A DNA stretch of 64,000 nucleotides from Granulosicoccaceae bacterium (GCA_033852095.1 JAWSVD010000074.1:36225-100224), one strand, 5' to 3'. Positions 9,887 through 21,188 are shown, numbered from the stretch's first letter. Numbers and translations: made by a program. The notes: generated by a model from the sequence alone, not told the origin.

Positions 9887-11815
9887 CTATTCAACTGCAG
9901 GATTGATCGCCCGCTCATTGACAGACACATCCGCCACCTCTCGCATGCCCAACTGCAAGGCCTGGAAAGTCGTGCTGCCTAACTGCTGCGCCGCAGCATC
10001 AGCTGCCGCGACATCCACGGCTTCAGCGTCAGCTTCCGCCAGGCGCACACCCTTCATGCCAAGCACGACGGGATTAGCTGCCGCATCCACCACTTGACGC
10101 CACACAGGGGCATCTGCCTGCTCGGAGCGCGCCAGAGAGAACAAAGCCTTCAATAGCTGCCGATCTTGCTCTGGGTTATCACGCGCGGTCCACGCGGAAT
10201 CAGCCACCTCCACACCCTGCGCAGCTGCAGACTCGGTGAAATCCCCACCCGACTCGACCGCCGCAAGCAGTGCCTGCGCTTGCTCATCAGCCAGTGCTTT
10301 TGCCTGCTGTCGCCTGAGCTCAGCCACAACACTCTCGCGCACCTCTTCAAGTGGCTTCAGCTCCTCAGGCTTTCTGTCGTCCAAGCGAACAACGATCGCG
10401 TGATTCTCCGCCACTTCTAATACAGAGGAATTTAAAGCACCTTCCAGCACATCATCGAGCAACACCGCCCGCCGCACCTGCGGATATTGACCAATGCCTA
10501 GAGGGGTCTCTGCACTGAACCACTCCGACTGCTGAACCTCGGTACCCAGCGCGTCTGCAGCGGGCTGTAAACTGCCGCCGTTTTCAAAGGTTTCAGCGGC
10601 CAAAACATCTTGTTTCTCGAAAAAACCATCGGCCACCTGTTTGTCGACCAGCTCTTGCTGCAACTGATCTCTCAATTCCGCCAGCGGCGTTGCCTGAGAT
10701 TCCTGCACACTGTTGAGCTTGATGATGTGCACGCCAAAAGGAGAGCGAACCGGCTCACTGACATCACCTACAGCCAGAGCGAATGCCGCGCCCTCGAAGG
10801 CCTCTACCATTGCGCCCTTGCCAAACAAGCCAAGGCTGCCGCCATTCTCAGCAGAACCCGTGTCGATTGAGTGCTCTTTCGCCAGCGCGGAGAAATCGCC
10901 GCCGCCCGCCAAGGATTGAACCAGTTCAGCCGCCTTCGCCATGACCGCGTCCACTTCTGCTTGCTCAGCATCCTCGGCCAATGCCAACAGAATGTGAGAC
11001 GCATCCCGCTGCTCTGCCGTGGCGAACTCTTCTATTCGTGCTCGGTACTCAGCTTCGATCGCCGCCTCGTCAATCTCAACCTCCGCCCCGAGAGACGCCG
11101 CATCGAGTTCGATGTAACTGACTTTGAATTGCTCTGCCCGCATGTAGCTGGATTCGTGGTCTTTGTAGTAAGACTCAACATCCTCATCAGCTATTTCCAA
11201 GGCCTCGCCCAGTGCAGCCACGTCCATCACCGCAAAGACGAATTCCCGCTCCTGGCGCTTTAATTCACCGGCCACACTTTGCTCGGATGGCAAGACAAAA
11301 GCAGAGCCTGTCACCGCCCCAAAGAGCTGAACTAAGCCCTGATCCCGCCGCGTGGTCTCTTCAAAAGCCGCACTGGATACGCGGTTTGCAGCCAGAATCT
11401 GGTCGTAGCGCGCCTGATCAAAGACACCGTTAACCTGGAATTCATCGCGCTCACGTATCGCCTTCGCAAGCTCCGCATCGGACACCGTGTAATTTTGATC
11501 ACGGACGCGCTGCACCATCAGCTGGCGCTGCACCAGCTGCTCCAGCGCACCTTCACGCATCTGAGGGTTTTCCAGCAAGCCACCGGGAACTTTGCCACCG
11601 AACATCTGCCGCATGCGATCTTGTTGCTGCAACAGCGCGGACTCAAACTGCTGAACACTGACCTCTTCGCCGTTGACGATGGCGGCATCCGTGTCGACAC
11701 CCGCCGTGAAGTAAGAGCCCACACCAAACAGCGCAAAAGGCACGGTGATGATTCCGACAAATGTATATTTCAGAATTTTTGAATTACGCAAACCTTCGCG
11801 GAGTTGAATCAACAT
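9887..11815 (-). CDS. ppiD: Periplasmic chaperone PpiD
   Basis: The 642-aa protein has an N-terminal TM segment (YTFVGIITVPFALFGVGSYF) and a parvulin-like domain. It sits downstream of hupB as in the lon-hupB-ppiD arrangement. Confidence 0.9.
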   Translation of the reverse strand: MLIQLREGLRNSKILKYTFVGIITVPFALFGVGSYFTAGVDTDAAIVNGEEVSVQQFESALLQQQDRMRQMFGGKVPGGLLENPQMREGALEQLVQRQLMVQRVRDQNYTVSDAELAKAIRERDEFQVNGVFDQARYDQILAANRVSSAAFEETTRRDQGLVQLFGAVTGSAFVLPSEQSVAGELKRQEREFVFAVMDVAALGEALEIADEDVESYYKDHESSYMRAEQFKVSYIELDAASLGAEVEIDEAAIEAEYRARIEEFATAEQRDASHILLALAEDAEQAEVDAVMAKAAELVQSLAGGGDFSALAKEHSIDTGSAENGGSLGLFGKGAMVEAFEGAAFALAVGDVSEPVRSPFGVHIIKLNSVQESQATPLAELRDQLQQELVDKQVADGFFEKQDVLAAETFENGGSLQPAADALGTEVQQSEWFSAETPLGIGQYPQVRRAVLLDDVLEGALNSSVLEVAENHAIVVRLDDRKPEELKPLEEVRESVVAELRRQQAKALADEQAQALLAAVESGGDFTESAAAQGVEVADSAWTARDNPEQDRQLLKALFSLARSEQADAPVWRQVVDAAANPVVLGMKGVRLAEADAEAVDVAAADAAAQQLGSTTFQALQLGMREVADVSVNERAINPAVE

Positions 11816-12044
11816 AGCTTACTGAATCTCTGGGTTGAATCTCTGGTACGACCAATGATCTTATATTGTTTGCGTGCACACAGCACACAACCCTGTATAT
11901 GCCCAGCTCCTCTGTGCGGAGCGGAGCGCGAACCCCACAAGTGTAGCCCGACTTGGGAGCCAATGCTCCTCTTCTATTGCTTACACAAAATAAGCACATA
12001 GACCTATACATAAACAATTACAGGCTGCTTTGTCAGCACACACG

Positions 12045-12069
12045 AAAAAGGGCACCCGCGTGGGTGCCC
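12045..12069 (-). terminator. Intrinsic terminator 3' of the first tRNA-Asp copy
   Basis: On the minus strand the sequence is GGGCACCCACGCGGGTGCCC followed by TTTTT. Confidence 0.5.
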
Positions 12070-12084
12070 TTATTCGTCTATCTT

Positions 12085-12161
12085 TGGCGGAGCGGACGGG
12101 ACTCGAACCCGCGACCCCCGGCGTGACAGGCCGGTATTCTAACCAACTGAACTACCGCTCC
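12085..12161 (-). tRNA. tRNA-Asp(GTC), copy 1
   Basis: The reverse complement gives GGAGCGGTAGTTCAGTTGGTTAGAATACCGGCCTGTCACGCCGGGGGTCGCGGGTTCGAGTCCCGTCCGCTCCGCCA. It has a cloverleaf, a GTC anticodon and an encoded CCA. Confidence 0.9.
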
Positions 12162-12194
12162 AAAACTACTCTTTCAAACTCACACTACACACGA

Positions 12195-12218
12195 AAAAGG
12201 ACACCTGATGAGGTGCCC
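12195..12218 (-). terminator. Intrinsic terminator 3' of the second tRNA-Asp copy
   Basis: On the minus strand the sequence is GGGCACCTCATCAGGTGTCC plus TTTTT, a slightly imperfect copy of the first one. Confidence 0.45.
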
Positions 12219-12232
12219 TAATCGTCAAACTT

Positions 12233-12309
12233 TGGCGGAGCGGACGGGACTCGAACCCGCGACCCCCGGCGTGACAGGCCGGTATTCTAACCAACTGAAC
12301 TACCGCTCC
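12233..12309 (-). tRNA. tRNA-Asp(GTC), copy 2
   Basis: It is identical in sequence to copy 1. A tRNA-plus-spacer unit of about 148 bp is tandemly duplicated. Confidence 0.9.
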
Positions 12310-12347
12310 AAAACTACTCTTTCAAACTCACACCACGTGCGTGAATT

Positions 12348-12423
12348 TGGTGGGTGTTGAGGGACTTGAACCCCCGACCCTCGCCTTGTAAGGGCGATGC
12401 TCTCCCAACTGAGCTAAACACCC
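12348..12423 (-). tRNA. tRNA-Val(TAC)
   Basis: The reverse complement gives GGGTGTTTAGCTCAGTTGGGAGAGCATCGCCCTTACAAGGCGAGGGTCGGGGGTTCAAGTCCCTCAACACCCACCA, with a TAC anticodon. Confidence 0.9.
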
Positions 12424-12434
12424 AATTAAGCCGC

Positions 12435-12707
12435 CTAGTTTACAGCATCTTTCAATGCTTTACCAGCTTTAAATGCTGGAACATTTGCTGCGGCTATTTT
12501 GATAGTCTCACCTGTACGAGGATTACGACCATCACGCGCCTCACGGCGTCGATTCAGGAATGTTCCAAAACCGATCAGAGTAACCTGATCCCCACCCTTA
12601 AGGGTGTCAGTTACCACTTCCATCATGGAATCCACAGCCTTGGCAGCATCCGCTTTACTCAGCGAAGCTTTCTCGGCAACGGCCTCAACAAACTCTGATT
12701 TGTTCAT
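12435..12707 (-). CDS. hupB: DNA-binding protein HU-beta
   Basis: The 90-aa protein is [56 protein letters not shown], the HU signature. The tracked ORF extends 5' from a GTG and is too long, so I use the ATG at 12707. Confidence 0.9.
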   Translation of the reverse strand: MNKSEFVEAVAEKASLSKADAAKAVDSMMEVVTDTLKGGDQVTLIGFGTFLNRRREARDGRNPRTGETIKIAAANVPAFKAGKALKDAVN

Positions 12708-12804
12708 TATGACTAACTCCTGAATTTTACACAAGCCCCATTTTGGAATTAATGAAATCAATTTCATCAACCCCCTTGAGAGGAGCTCAATACGAGAAAA
12801 AAGC

Positions 12805-12829
12805 GCCACAGTGGGCGCTATGGACTTGA
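12805..12829 (-). terminator. Intrinsic terminator downstream of lon
   Basis: On the minus strand the sequence is AGCGCCC-actgt-GGCGCT followed by TTTTTT. Confidence 0.6.
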
Positions 12830-12937
12830 GTATATACCAATAAACCCACGTTCCAAGCAACAATCTTAAAGCATGAAAAGGATGTAACTCGCAGCAGCTG
12901 TGTGAAAATGCCACAGCTGCATTGCGTCTAAATACAA

Positions 12938-15373
12938 CTAGTGCCGCTGGGACGCACCCTTGCCCTTTTTAGAGGCTGGCTTGGCGATGCCTGCCTTGGG
13001 TTGCTCGTCTTCTTGAAAGGGCTTGGGCACTGCCGTCAGGGCAATATCGAAGACCTGATCGATCCACTGCACAGGAATCACATCGAGCTCAGACAAGATG
13101 TCTTCCGGTATATCCGTGAGATCTTTCTCGTTCTCCGACGGGATGATGACCGTCTCGATCCCCCCGCGGTGAGCAGCGAGCAACTTCTCCTTCAGGCCAC
13201 CAATGGGCAATACTTCGCCGCGAAGTGTTATCTCCCCTGTCATGGCCACGGTGGCTTTGACAGGAATCCCAGTCAAGGCGGATACAATGCAGCAACACAT
13301 ACCAATACCGGCACTGGGGCCGTCCTTGGGCGTTGCCCCCTCAGGCACGTGGATGTGAATGTCTTTGGACTCGTGAAAATCAGGCGACAAACCCAAGGAT
13401 GCGGCGCGACTGCGCACGACTGTCATCGCCGCCTGTATAGACTCCTGCATCACATCGCCGAGCTGCCCGGTGTGGTTGAGCTTGCCCTTGCCGCTGACAA
13501 CGGCCGCCTCAATGCACAGCAGCTCACCCCCTACTTCGGTCCAGGCCAGGCCAGTCACTTGACCCACTTGGTCTTCCTGCTCCGCCAGACCGTAGCGAAA
13601 GCGGTAAACACCGAGGTATTTCTCCACGCCCTCGGGGCGAAGATCGATTGATTTCAATTTTTTGTCGAGCAAAATTTCTTTCACGACTTTGCGGCAAATC
13701 TTGGATATTTCACGCTCGAGATTGCGCACCCCAGCCTCTCGCGTGTACCGCCTGATGATCTCTGTTAGTACACCGTCGCTGATCGACAGCTCCTCGGGCT
13801 TCAGGCCGTTGTCTTTGATCACTTTTGGCACTAAATACTTGCGCGCAATCGCCAGCTTTTCTTGCTCGGTATAACCAGGTATGCGAATGACTTCCATGCG
13901 ATCCAACAGCGGACCAGGAATGTTCATCGAATTAGCCGTCGCCACAAACATTACCTCAGAGAGATCAACATCCACCTCCAGATAATGATCACCAAAGGCC
14001 TTGTTCTGCTCCGGGTCCAGCACCTCTAACATCGCCGAGGACGGATCCCCCCTGAAATCCATCGACATCTTGTCGATCTCATCCAGTAGCATCAAGGGGT
14101 TGCGCGAGCCGGCTTTGGACAGGTTCTGTACGATTTTGCCCGGCAGAGAGCCAATGTAGGTGCGGCGGTGACCGCGGATTTCCGCTTCGTCGCGCAGCCC
14201 ACCCAGCGCCATGCGCACGAACTTCCTGCCCGTGGCATTCGCCAGCGAACGCCCAAGGGACGTCTTGCCCACACCGGGCGGCCCAACCAAGCAAAGAATA
14301 GGACCTTTGAGTTTCCGCACTCTTTTCTGGACGGCTAAATACTCGAGAATCCTGTCTTTCACCTTTTCCAAGCCGTAGTGGTCACTGTCGAGCACAGCTT
14401 GAGCTTCGTCCAATTTCGTCTTAACACGGGTACGCTTAGCCCAGGGCACCGCGAGCATCGTGTCCAGGTAGTTGCGCACCACCGAGGCCTCTGCCGACAT
14501 GGGAGACATTTGCTTGAGCTTGCCCAGCTCAGACTCGGCCTTCTTTTTAGCCTCTTCTGGCATACCGGCGGATTCGATGCGGCTAGCCAAGTCTTCTAAC
14601 TCGTTGGGAACATCGTCCATGTCTCCCAGCTCTTTTTGAATGGCCTTCATCTGCTCATTCAGATAGTACTCACGCTGACTTTTTTCCATCTGCTGCTTGA
14701 CGCGGCTGCGGATGCGCTTCTCTACCTGAAGCACATCGAGCTCACCTTCCAACAAACCCAGGATCCGCTCCAAGCGTTCGCGCACATGCGTCAGCTCCAA
14801 CACCCGCTGTTTCTCATCCAAACGCAGCGACATGTGCACGGCAATCGTGTCCGCAAGCCGCGAATGGTCATCGATTTTACTCAGTGACGACAAAACTTCT
14901 GCGGGGATTTTTTTGTTCAGCTTAACGTACTGCTCAAACAACTTAGCGACACTTTGAGCCAATACGGGCAGCTCACGGTCTGGATCCGAACCGTCTTCTT
15001 CACTGACCACAACTGAGGCCCGCATGTGCTCTTCAGCAGTGACTTCCATGCTTTCGATCTGCGCCCGCACGCGACCCTCAACCAATACTTTAATGGTGTC
15101 ATCGGGCAGCTTTAAGAGCTGGAGAATATGCGCCACAGTCCCGTGGCTGTGCAGCTCATCCACACCCGGCTCATCGACATCTGCGCTGCGCTGCGCGACA
15201 AGAAATATTTGCTGATCATTTGACATCGCTTCGTCGAGCGCAGCGATAGACTTTGGTCGCCCGACAAAAAGCGGCGTGACCATGTGCGGGTAAATGACAA
15301 CATCGCGCAGTGGCAATACGGGCAATACCAACTGGTCGCCAGCTTCAGCGGCAGTGATTTCTTTGGATGACAC
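12938..15373 (-). CDS. lon: ATP-dependent protease Lon
   Basis: The protein has the LON N-domain ([22 protein letters not shown]), an AAA+ Walker A (GPPGVGKTS) and a protease Ser-Lys dyad region (PKDGPSAG). I prefer the GTG at 15373, which has a GGGAG Shine-Dalgarno 6 nt upstream and gives an E. coli-like N-terminus. The tracked ORF starts at 15430. Confidence 0.9.
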   Translation of the reverse strand: MSSKEITAAEAGDQLVLPVLPLRDVVIYPHMVTPLFVGRPKSIAALDEAMSNDQQIFLVAQRSADVDEPGVDELHSHGTVAHILQLLKLPDDTIKVLVEGRVRAQIESMEVTAEEHMRASVVVSEEDGSDPDRELPVLAQSVAKLFEQYVKLNKKIPAEVLSSLSKIDDHSRLADTIAVHMSLRLDEKQRVLELTHVRERLERILGLLEGELDVLQVEKRIRSRVKQQMEKSQREYYLNEQMKAIQKELGDMDDVPNELEDLASRIESAGMPEEAKKKAESELGKLKQMSPMSAEASVVRNYLDTMLAVPWAKRTRVKTKLDEAQAVLDSDHYGLEKVKDRILEYLAVQKRVRKLKGPILCLVGPPGVGKTSLGRSLANATGRKFVRMALGGLRDEAEIRGHRRTYIGSLPGKIVQNLSKAGSRNPLMLLDEIDKMSMDFRGDPSSAMLEVLDPEQNKAFGDHYLEVDVDLSEVMFVATANSMNIPGPLLDRMEVIRIPGYTEQEKLAIARKYLVPKVIKDNGLKPEELSISDGVLTEIIRRYTREAGVRNLEREISKICRKVVKEILLDKKLKSIDLRPEGVEKYLGVYRFRYGLAEQEDQVGQVTGLAWTEVGGELLCIEAAVVSGKGKLNHTGQLGDVMQESIQAAMTVVRSRAASLGLSPDFHESKDIHIHVPEGATPKDGPSAGIGMCCCIVSALTGIPVKATVAMTGEITLRGEVLPIGGLKEKLLAAHRGGIETVIIPSENEKDLTDIPEDILSELDVIPVQWIDQVFDIALTAVPKPFQEDEQPKAGIAKPASKKGKGASQRH

Positions 15374-15556
15374 TTTTAACTCCCACGGTGGTGGTGTAAT
15401 TAGCTCTAAATCGAGCCCTTGGATAGGCACAAGAGACTGATTTGAGGTTTAGCGGACTCGCCATAGGCGATAGATGGGGTCATTGTGCCACGAGCACAAG
15501 AGCTTGTGCGTGGAAAACGGTCGCCACCCGTGTGGTGGCGACTGAGAGGATAGATG

Positions 15557-16864
15557 CTAGTCGTCCGAGGCGGCGCGTTTGAAATCAGGCTTATCGCTTT
15601 CATTCGCCGCATCTTCCGCCGGACCCAAAACAATATAGGGCTTGGCTTCGCCACGGACTACCGCGTCGTCGATGATGACCTTACGAGCATCTTCTTGCGA
15701 AGGCACTTCGTACATCACGTCGAGCAATACTTTCTCGAGGATTGTGCGCAATCCCCGTGCGCCAGTCTTTCGCTCCGCCGCCTGTTTCGCCAACGAATAC
15801 AACGCATCTTCGCGAAATTCGAGCTCCACACCGTCCAGCGCAAACAACTTTTCGTATTGTTTGGTCAGGGCGTTTTTAGGCTCACGGAGTATGCGCACAA
15901 GCGCTTCCTCATCGAGCTCTTCAAGTGTCGCAATCACCGGTAGACGCCCGACAAACTCGGGAATCAAGCCAAAACGCACCAGATCATCGGCCTGAATTTG
16001 GTGCAACAAATCACCAATGCCTTGACTGTCGTCTTTGGACTTCACTTCAGCGCCAAATCCGATTCCGCCCTTCTCGGAACGTTCGCGGATGATTTTTTCC
16101 ATCCCAGCAAACGCACCGCCACAGATAAACAAGATATTGCGGGTATCGACCTGCAAAAATTCCTGCTGTGGGTGCTTGCGCCCCCCTTGAGGCGGCACAG
16201 AGGCAAGCGTGCCTTCAATAAGCTTCAGCAGCGCTTGCTGCACACCCTCACCGGAGACATCACGCGTAATCGAAGGGTTGTCAGATTTTCGAGAAATCTT
16301 GTCGATTTCATCGATATACACAATCCCGTTCTGCGCCTTTTCGACGTCGTAATCGCATTTCTGCAGCAACTTTTGAATAATATTTTCAACGTCTTCGCCC
16401 ACATAACCCGCTTCTGTCAACGTGGTTGCATCGGCGATAGTGAAAGGCACATTGAGCAAACGCGCCAATGTCTCAGCGAGCAATGTCTTCCCAGAACCCG
16501 TGGGGCCCAAGAGAAGAATATTACTCTTTGAGAGCTCGACATCGTCCTTGCCACCCTGGTACTCAAGGCGCTTATAGTGGTTGTAGACCGCAACGGACAA
16601 GATACGCTTTGCAGCGTCCTGACCAATCACATATTGATCCACAATTTCTTTGATCTCACGAGGCTTGGGCAGCTTCGCACCAGACGAGGCCCCCTGCTCC
16701 TGCATTTCCTCAGTGATGATGTCATTACAAAGGTCTACACATTCATCGCAGATAAACACAGACGGGCCCGCAATCAATTTGCGAACTTCGTGCTGGCTCT
16801 TTCCACAGAATGAGCAATACAGCAACTTGCTGTCGTCTTTACCTTGGTCTACGCCGTCGGCCAT
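15557..16864 (-). CDS. clpX: ATP-dependent Clp protease ATP-binding subunit ClpX
   Basis: The 435-aa protein has a zinc-binding N-terminus ([30 protein letters not shown]) and an AAA+ domain. Confidence 0.95.
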   Translation of the reverse strand: MADGVDQGKDDSKLLYCSFCGKSQHEVRKLIAGPSVFICDECVDLCNDIITEEMQEQGASSGAKLPKPREIKEIVDQYVIGQDAAKRILSVAVYNHYKRLEYQGGKDDVELSKSNILLLGPTGSGKTLLAETLARLLNVPFTIADATTLTEAGYVGEDVENIIQKLLQKCDYDVEKAQNGIVYIDEIDKISRKSDNPSITRDVSGEGVQQALLKLIEGTLASVPPQGGRKHPQQEFLQVDTRNILFICGGAFAGMEKIIRERSEKGGIGFGAEVKSKDDSQGIGDLLHQIQADDLVRFGLIPEFVGRLPVIATLEELDEEALVRILREPKNALTKQYEKLFALDGVELEFREDALYSLAKQAAERKTGARGLRTILEKVLLDVMYEVPSQEDARKVIIDDAVVRGEAKPYIVLGPAEDAANESDKPDFKRAASDD

Positions 16865-16980
16865 CAGCCTTTCTCCAAAACGGTCCGTCTTCGCACAATG
16901 CCGTTATATGCGAGTCAATTCAAGACGAAAGCGCAATCAATCAATTGAAAGCGCCAAATGTCATCCAACCCTGAGGCGCC

Positions 16981-17610
16981 TTAGCCCTTGTCGGCTTCGG
17001 TCACGGCACCCCGGTTTTCCACAACTTTGTCCACCAAACCATAGTCTTCGGCCATTTTGGCACTCAAGAAATAATCACGCTCAGTGTCGTGACTTACTTT
17101 TTCAAGACTCTGGCCAGAGTGGTGGGCCAATATTTCATTCAGACGCTTGCGCATACCAAGAATTTCTTTGGCATGAATATCAATATCCGTCGCCTGCCCC
17201 TGAATGCCACCCAGCGGCTGATGAATCATAACCCTTGAATTGGGAAGTGCGAAGCGCTTGTCTTTTGCTCCTGCAGCCAACAACAACGCCCCCATACTGG
17301 CCGCTTGCCCGATGCACAGCGTGCTGACATCGGGTTTGATGAACTGCATGGTGTCATAGATCGACATACCCGCAGTCACCGAGCCACCAGGGGAATTGAT
17401 GTACAGATAGATGTCTTTGTCGGGGTTTTCAGACTCCAAAAAAAGCATCTGGGCCACGATCAAGTTGGCCATGTAGTCTTCGACTTGGCCAACGACAAAA
17501 ATCACACGCTCCTTGAGCAGGCGCGAGTAAATGTCATACGAACGCTCACCGCGGGGTGTTTGCTCTACAACAATGGGCACCAGCCCACCGGCCGCACGTG
17601 TTTCACTCAT
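16981..17610 (-). CDS. clpP: ATP-dependent Clp protease proteolytic subunit ClpP
   Basis: The 209-aa protein carries [17 protein letters not shown]...YINSPGG...GQAASMGA, the ClpP catalytic-triad context. Confidence 0.95.
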   Translation of the reverse strand: MSETRAAGGLVPIVVEQTPRGERSYDIYSRLLKERVIFVVGQVEDYMANLIVAQMLFLESENPDKDIYLYINSPGGSVTAGMSIYDTMQFIKPDVSTLCIGQAASMGALLLAAGAKDKRFALPNSRVMIHQPLGGIQGQATDIDIHAKEILGMRKRLNEILAHHSGQSLEKVSHDTERDYFLSAKMAEDYGLVDKVVENRGAVTEADKG

Positions 17611-17655
17611 GCTAGGTCATTCTCCAACAGTGCGGCCGCGTTGTGCTGCCGCTGG

Positions 17656-19005
17656 TTATTCTTCAGCGCCTTCTTCGGCCTTTTGGCCTCCGCTTTTACG
17701 GCGCTCCATCAACTCGCTGAACGACAGGCTTTCGTCGCTGGCTTTTGCCTGGCCAATCACCCAATCGGTGACCGTTTGCTCCAGAACAACAGCTTCTACG
17801 TTCTGCATCATCTCACTATTAGAATAATAGTAGTCAATGACCTCATTTGGATCTTCGTAAGCAGATGCCATCTGCTCTACACGCGCACGAACATCTTCAG
17901 GTTTGGCAACCAATTCAGCAGTCTTGATAACTTCTGCAACAACCAGACCTAATTTGACGCGACGCCCTGCTTCCTCTCTAAACATATCGTCCGGAAAGTT
18001 CGCACCTTCAGGTGGTTTTGCGCCACCCATCTGCTGCGCAAGCCGCTCGAGGAACTGCTCGCGCAGTCGACCGATCTCTTCGCTAACCAGCGCCTTGGGA
18101 ATCGCCACTTCATTTGCAGCTAACAGCCCGTCCATAACCTGCTGCTTTTCAACAGCTTCGACCGACTCGCGCAGCTCGCGGTCCATGTTTTTACGGATAT
18201 CGGCGCGCAGTGTCTCGATGCCACCATCGGCAACCCCCAAAAGGGCCGCAAATTCGTCATTCAATTCTGGCAGAGTCGCTTCGCGCACTTCCAACAGCTC
18301 GATATCGAATTCAGCGTCTTTGCCAGACAACTCTTCGGCGTGGTAACTCTCGGGGAAAGCGACGTTGATGCGTTTGTTATCGCCGGCTGACATGCCTTCG
18401 ATCTGCGCCTCAAAACCCTCGATCATGGCACCGGAGCCCAGAACCAATGGTGCCTCTTCAGCCTTGCCGCCTTCAAACTCCTCGCCACCCACGAAGCCGG
18501 TGAAATTGATCACGACTTGGTCCGCGTCTTTTGAAGCGCGCTCTACTTTGTTGTAGCTGGTGTGCTGGGACTGCAGGTTTTCGAGCATTTCCGCAACATC
18601 AGAATCTTGAATCTGGGTCTTGGGTCGCTTGATTTCAATGCCATCGGTGCCGCTTAAAACGACCTCGGGGTAGACTTCGAAAGTGGCTTTGTACTCAATC
18701 GCCTCACCGGCATCTGTCTTCACAGGCTCAATAGAGGGCCAGCCCGCAGGGCGCAGCTCTTCTTTGCTGACAGCTTCTTGGTAGGTGGATTGGATGACAT
18801 CACCCAATACTTCTTGACGGACTTGGCCACCATAGCGCTTTTCGACAACGCGCAAGGGGACTTTTCCGGGGCGAAAGCCGTTGATTTTAGTAGTTTTACG
18901 CAGGGACTGAAGGCGCTGGGAAACCGCGACATCGACGCGGTCTGCTGGGATCGTCACTGTGATAGTGCGTTCCAAACCTTCTGATGTTTCAACCGAAACT
19001 TGCAT
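17656..19005 (-). CDS. tig: Trigger factor
   Basis: The protein starts MQVSVETSEGLERTITVTIP, as E. coli Tig does (MQVSVETTQGL). A GAGGAA Shine-Dalgarno sits 5 nt upstream of the ATG at 19005. The tracked ORF begins 36 nt earlier. Confidence 0.9.
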   Translation of the reverse strand: MQVSVETSEGLERTITVTIPADRVDVAVSQRLQSLRKTTKINGFRPGKVPLRVVEKRYGGQVRQEVLGDVIQSTYQEAVSKEELRPAGWPSIEPVKTDAGEAIEYKATFEVYPEVVLSGTDGIEIKRPKTQIQDSDVAEMLENLQSQHTSYNKVERASKDADQVVINFTGFVGGEEFEGGKAEEAPLVLGSGAMIEGFEAQIEGMSAGDNKRINVAFPESYHAEELSGKDAEFDIELLEVREATLPELNDEFAALLGVADGGIETLRADIRKNMDRELRESVEAVEKQQVMDGLLAANEVAIPKALVSEEIGRLREQFLERLAQQMGGAKPPEGANFPDDMFREEAGRRVKLGLVVAEVIKTAELVAKPEDVRARVEQMASAYEDPNEVIDYYYSNSEMMQNVEAVVLEQTVTDWVIGQAKASDESLSFSELMERRKSGGQKAEEGAEE

Positions 19006-19119
19006 GACTATTCCTCGTTTTCCCCCCGAGAAATCAGACACAGCACACCGCCCTCTGCACCCACGTGCTCAGCGGGGAAACGCCTGTCGGGAGCATCCAA
19101 TGAAGGACAAATAGAAAAT

Positions 19120-19204
<85 letters not shown>

Positions 19205-19320
19205 ACACGTAAACGGCAGCCACATCAGGCGAAACTCTGACGCGACCGCTGACCTGAAACGCGCTGCAGGCACACCCGAAAAGAAAACCCTTCAGGTGAC
19301 GACACCAACAGTGCAAAATA

Positions 19321-19397
19321 ATGGGGTGGACGATGGGGCTCGAACCCACGACAACCGGAATCACAATCCGGGACTCTACCAACTGAGCTACGCCCAC
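19321..19397 (-). tRNA. tRNA-His(GTG)
   Basis: The reverse complement gives GGTGGGCGTAGCTCAGTTGGTAGAGTCCCGGATTGTGATTCCGGTTGTCGTGGGTTCGAGCCCCATCGTCCACCCCA. It has the G-1 extra base and a GTG anticodon. Confidence 0.9.
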
Positions 19398-19407
19398 CAC
19401 TGAAAAC

Positions 19408-19483
19408 TGGTACGCCCGGCAGGACTCGAACCTGCTACCCTCGGCTTAGAAGGCCGATGCTCTATCCAGATGAGCTACGGGCG
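19408..19483 (-). tRNA. tRNA-Arg(TCT)
   Basis: The reverse complement gives GCGCCCGTAGCTCATCTGGATAGAGCATCGGCCTTCTAAGCCGAGGGTAGCAGGTTCGAGTCCTGCCGGGCGTACCA. The anticodon loop is CTTCTAA. Confidence 0.85.
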
Positions 19484-19509
19484 CCCGGGCAATACACTTT
19501 CAATAAAAC

Positions 19510-19586
<77 letters not shown>

Positions 19587-19618
19587 GATCACTCTTGACT
19601 GTGCCAGCCAAGAGATAG

Positions 19619-19647
19619 AATTATAGGCAGACTTTCCTCAGCAATCA
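19619..19647 (-). promoter_or_regulatory. Sigma-70 promoter for the Pro-Arg-His-Leu tRNA operon
   Basis: The minus strand reads TTGATT-17 nt-TATAAT (the -35 at 19647-19642, the -10 at 19624-19619). That places it about 30 nt upstream of the tRNA-Pro 5' end. Confidence 0.55.
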
Positions 19648-19689
19648 ACCCATTTGCACTGCTTTTTTTAGATTTCTGCCATTTATTTT

Positions 19690-21084
19690 TCAGCTCGACT
19701 TCTGCCGACGCCAAATGGTCTTGCCGCCCTTGTCTTCTAACAGGATCCCCGCGGCTGATAGCTGCTCTCGCACGGCGTCAGCACGCGCAAAATCTTTCGC
19801 CCCACGCGCCTGAACACGCTCTTCAATCAATGCCTCCACTTCCGCAGCCGACATACCTGCCTCGTCACCGCGCTTGAGGTAATCCTCTGGGTCGTCACCC
19901 AATATACCGAGGCGATCAGCGAGCTCTCGCAACAGCGCAGCATGATTCGCTGCCGCCGCTCCACCCTGCTCGCGCAACTTGTTTATTTCCGTCGCCAGCT
20001 CAAACAGCACAGAAGCGGCTACAACGGTGTTCAAATCATCGTTCATGGCAGCTTCGAAACGAAGCTGCCAGTCACCCGCAACAGCGGCCGAATCGCCGCC
20101 GCCGAGCCCACGCAGGGATGTATAGAGCCGCGTCAGCGCCGCCCGCCCACCCTGCAGCCCCGTCTCACCGTATGAGAGCGGCGAACGGTAATGACTCAAA
20201 AGGGCAAACATACGGATTTCTTCGCCGCCAAAACGCTTCAAAACGTCACGGATTGTGTCGAAGTTGCCGATCGATTTGGACATCTTTTCACCGTCCATGG
20301 TGATCATGCCGTTGTGCAACCAGTAGTTCGCCATGGCACATCCGTTGGCAGCTTCTGACTGAGCGATCTCATTTTCGTGGTGCGGAAAGGTCAGGTCAGA
20401 GCCGCCGCCGTGTATATCAAAATGGGCCCCCAGCGTATCTTTGGCCATCGCTGAACATTCAATATGCCACCCTGGCCGCCCCGGCCCCCAGGCAGAATCC
20501 CAGTGCGGCTCATCCACCTTGGCCGCCTTCCACAAGACAAAGTCCATGGGGTGGCGCTTATTTTCATCCACCGCGACGCGCTCACCCGCTCGCTGGTCTT
20601 CGAGCTTGCGACCTGAGAGCTTGCCATACTGCTCAAAGCGTTCCACGGCGTAATACACATCGCCGCCCGGGACACTCTGATAGGCATAGCCCTTATCAAT
20701 CAACGTCGCGATCAAAGCCTGCATGTTGGCGATCTGAGCAGTGGCCCTTGGCTGCAGGGTAGGCGCCAGCACACGCAGGGAGTCGCAGTCTTCATTCATT
20801 GCCTGAACAAAACGCTCGGTCAGCACGTCAATCTCTTCCCGGTTTTCCACCGCACGGCGAATGATCTTGTCATCCACGTCCGTGATGTTGCGGACAAAAG
20901 TCACCTCAAAGCCACTGGCGAGCAAATGGCGGTACAACACATCGTAAGTAATGAGTGCACGCGCATGACCAACGTGGCAATAGTCGTAAATGGTGATACC
21001 ACACACGTACATACCGACCTTGCCAGCTTCAATGGGGTTAAAGGTTTCTTTTTCGCGGCTTAGACTGTTGTACAGCGATAACAT
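19690..21084 (-). CDS. cysS: Cysteine--tRNA ligase
   Basis: The protein carries MYVCGITIYDYCHVGHAR (HIGH) and KMSKS (GEKMSKSIGN). I prefer the ATG at 21084 (MLSLYNSLSREKETF), which matches E. coli CysS. The tracked ORF is 9 nt longer. Confidence 0.9.
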   Translation of the reverse strand: MLSLYNSLSREKETFNPIEAGKVGMYVCGITIYDYCHVGHARALITYDVLYRHLLASGFEVTFVRNITDVDDKIIRRAVENREEIDVLTERFVQAMNEDCDSLRVLAPTLQPRATAQIANMQALIATLIDKGYAYQSVPGGDVYYAVERFEQYGKLSGRKLEDQRAGERVAVDENKRHPMDFVLWKAAKVDEPHWDSAWGPGRPGWHIECSAMAKDTLGAHFDIHGGGSDLTFPHHENEIAQSEAANGCAMANYWLHNGMITMDGEKMSKSIGNFDTIRDVLKRFGGEEIRMFALLSHYRSPLSYGETGLQGGRAALTRLYTSLRGLGGGDSAAVAGDWQLRFEAAMNDDLNTVVAASVLFELATEINKLREQGGAAAANHAALLRELADRLGILGDDPEDYLKRGDEAGMSAAEVEALIEERVQARGAKDFARADAVREQLSAAGILLEDKGGKTIWRRQKSS

Positions 21085-21188
21085 AAAAGACATATTCCCA
21101 GGCGCTTAGCCCACAAGACAAAGCGCCAATGGTACTGGATGCTCTGCTAAACTGCGACCTTGATCCCCTCAGAGTGAACACCACCGAA

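Noticed and set aside
12000-12440. A genomic island or mobile-element insertion at the tRNA-Asp/tRNA-Val and Pro-Arg-His-Leu clusters
   Set aside because: The flanking genes (ppiD, hupB, tig, cysS) are the conserved core neighbours. I found no integrase, direct-repeat attachment sites or compositional shift.
12030-12698. Plus-strand ORFs 12030-12221 and 12354-12698
   Set aside because: They overlap the tRNA-Asp and tRNA-Val genes and the hupB coding strand, so they are spurious.
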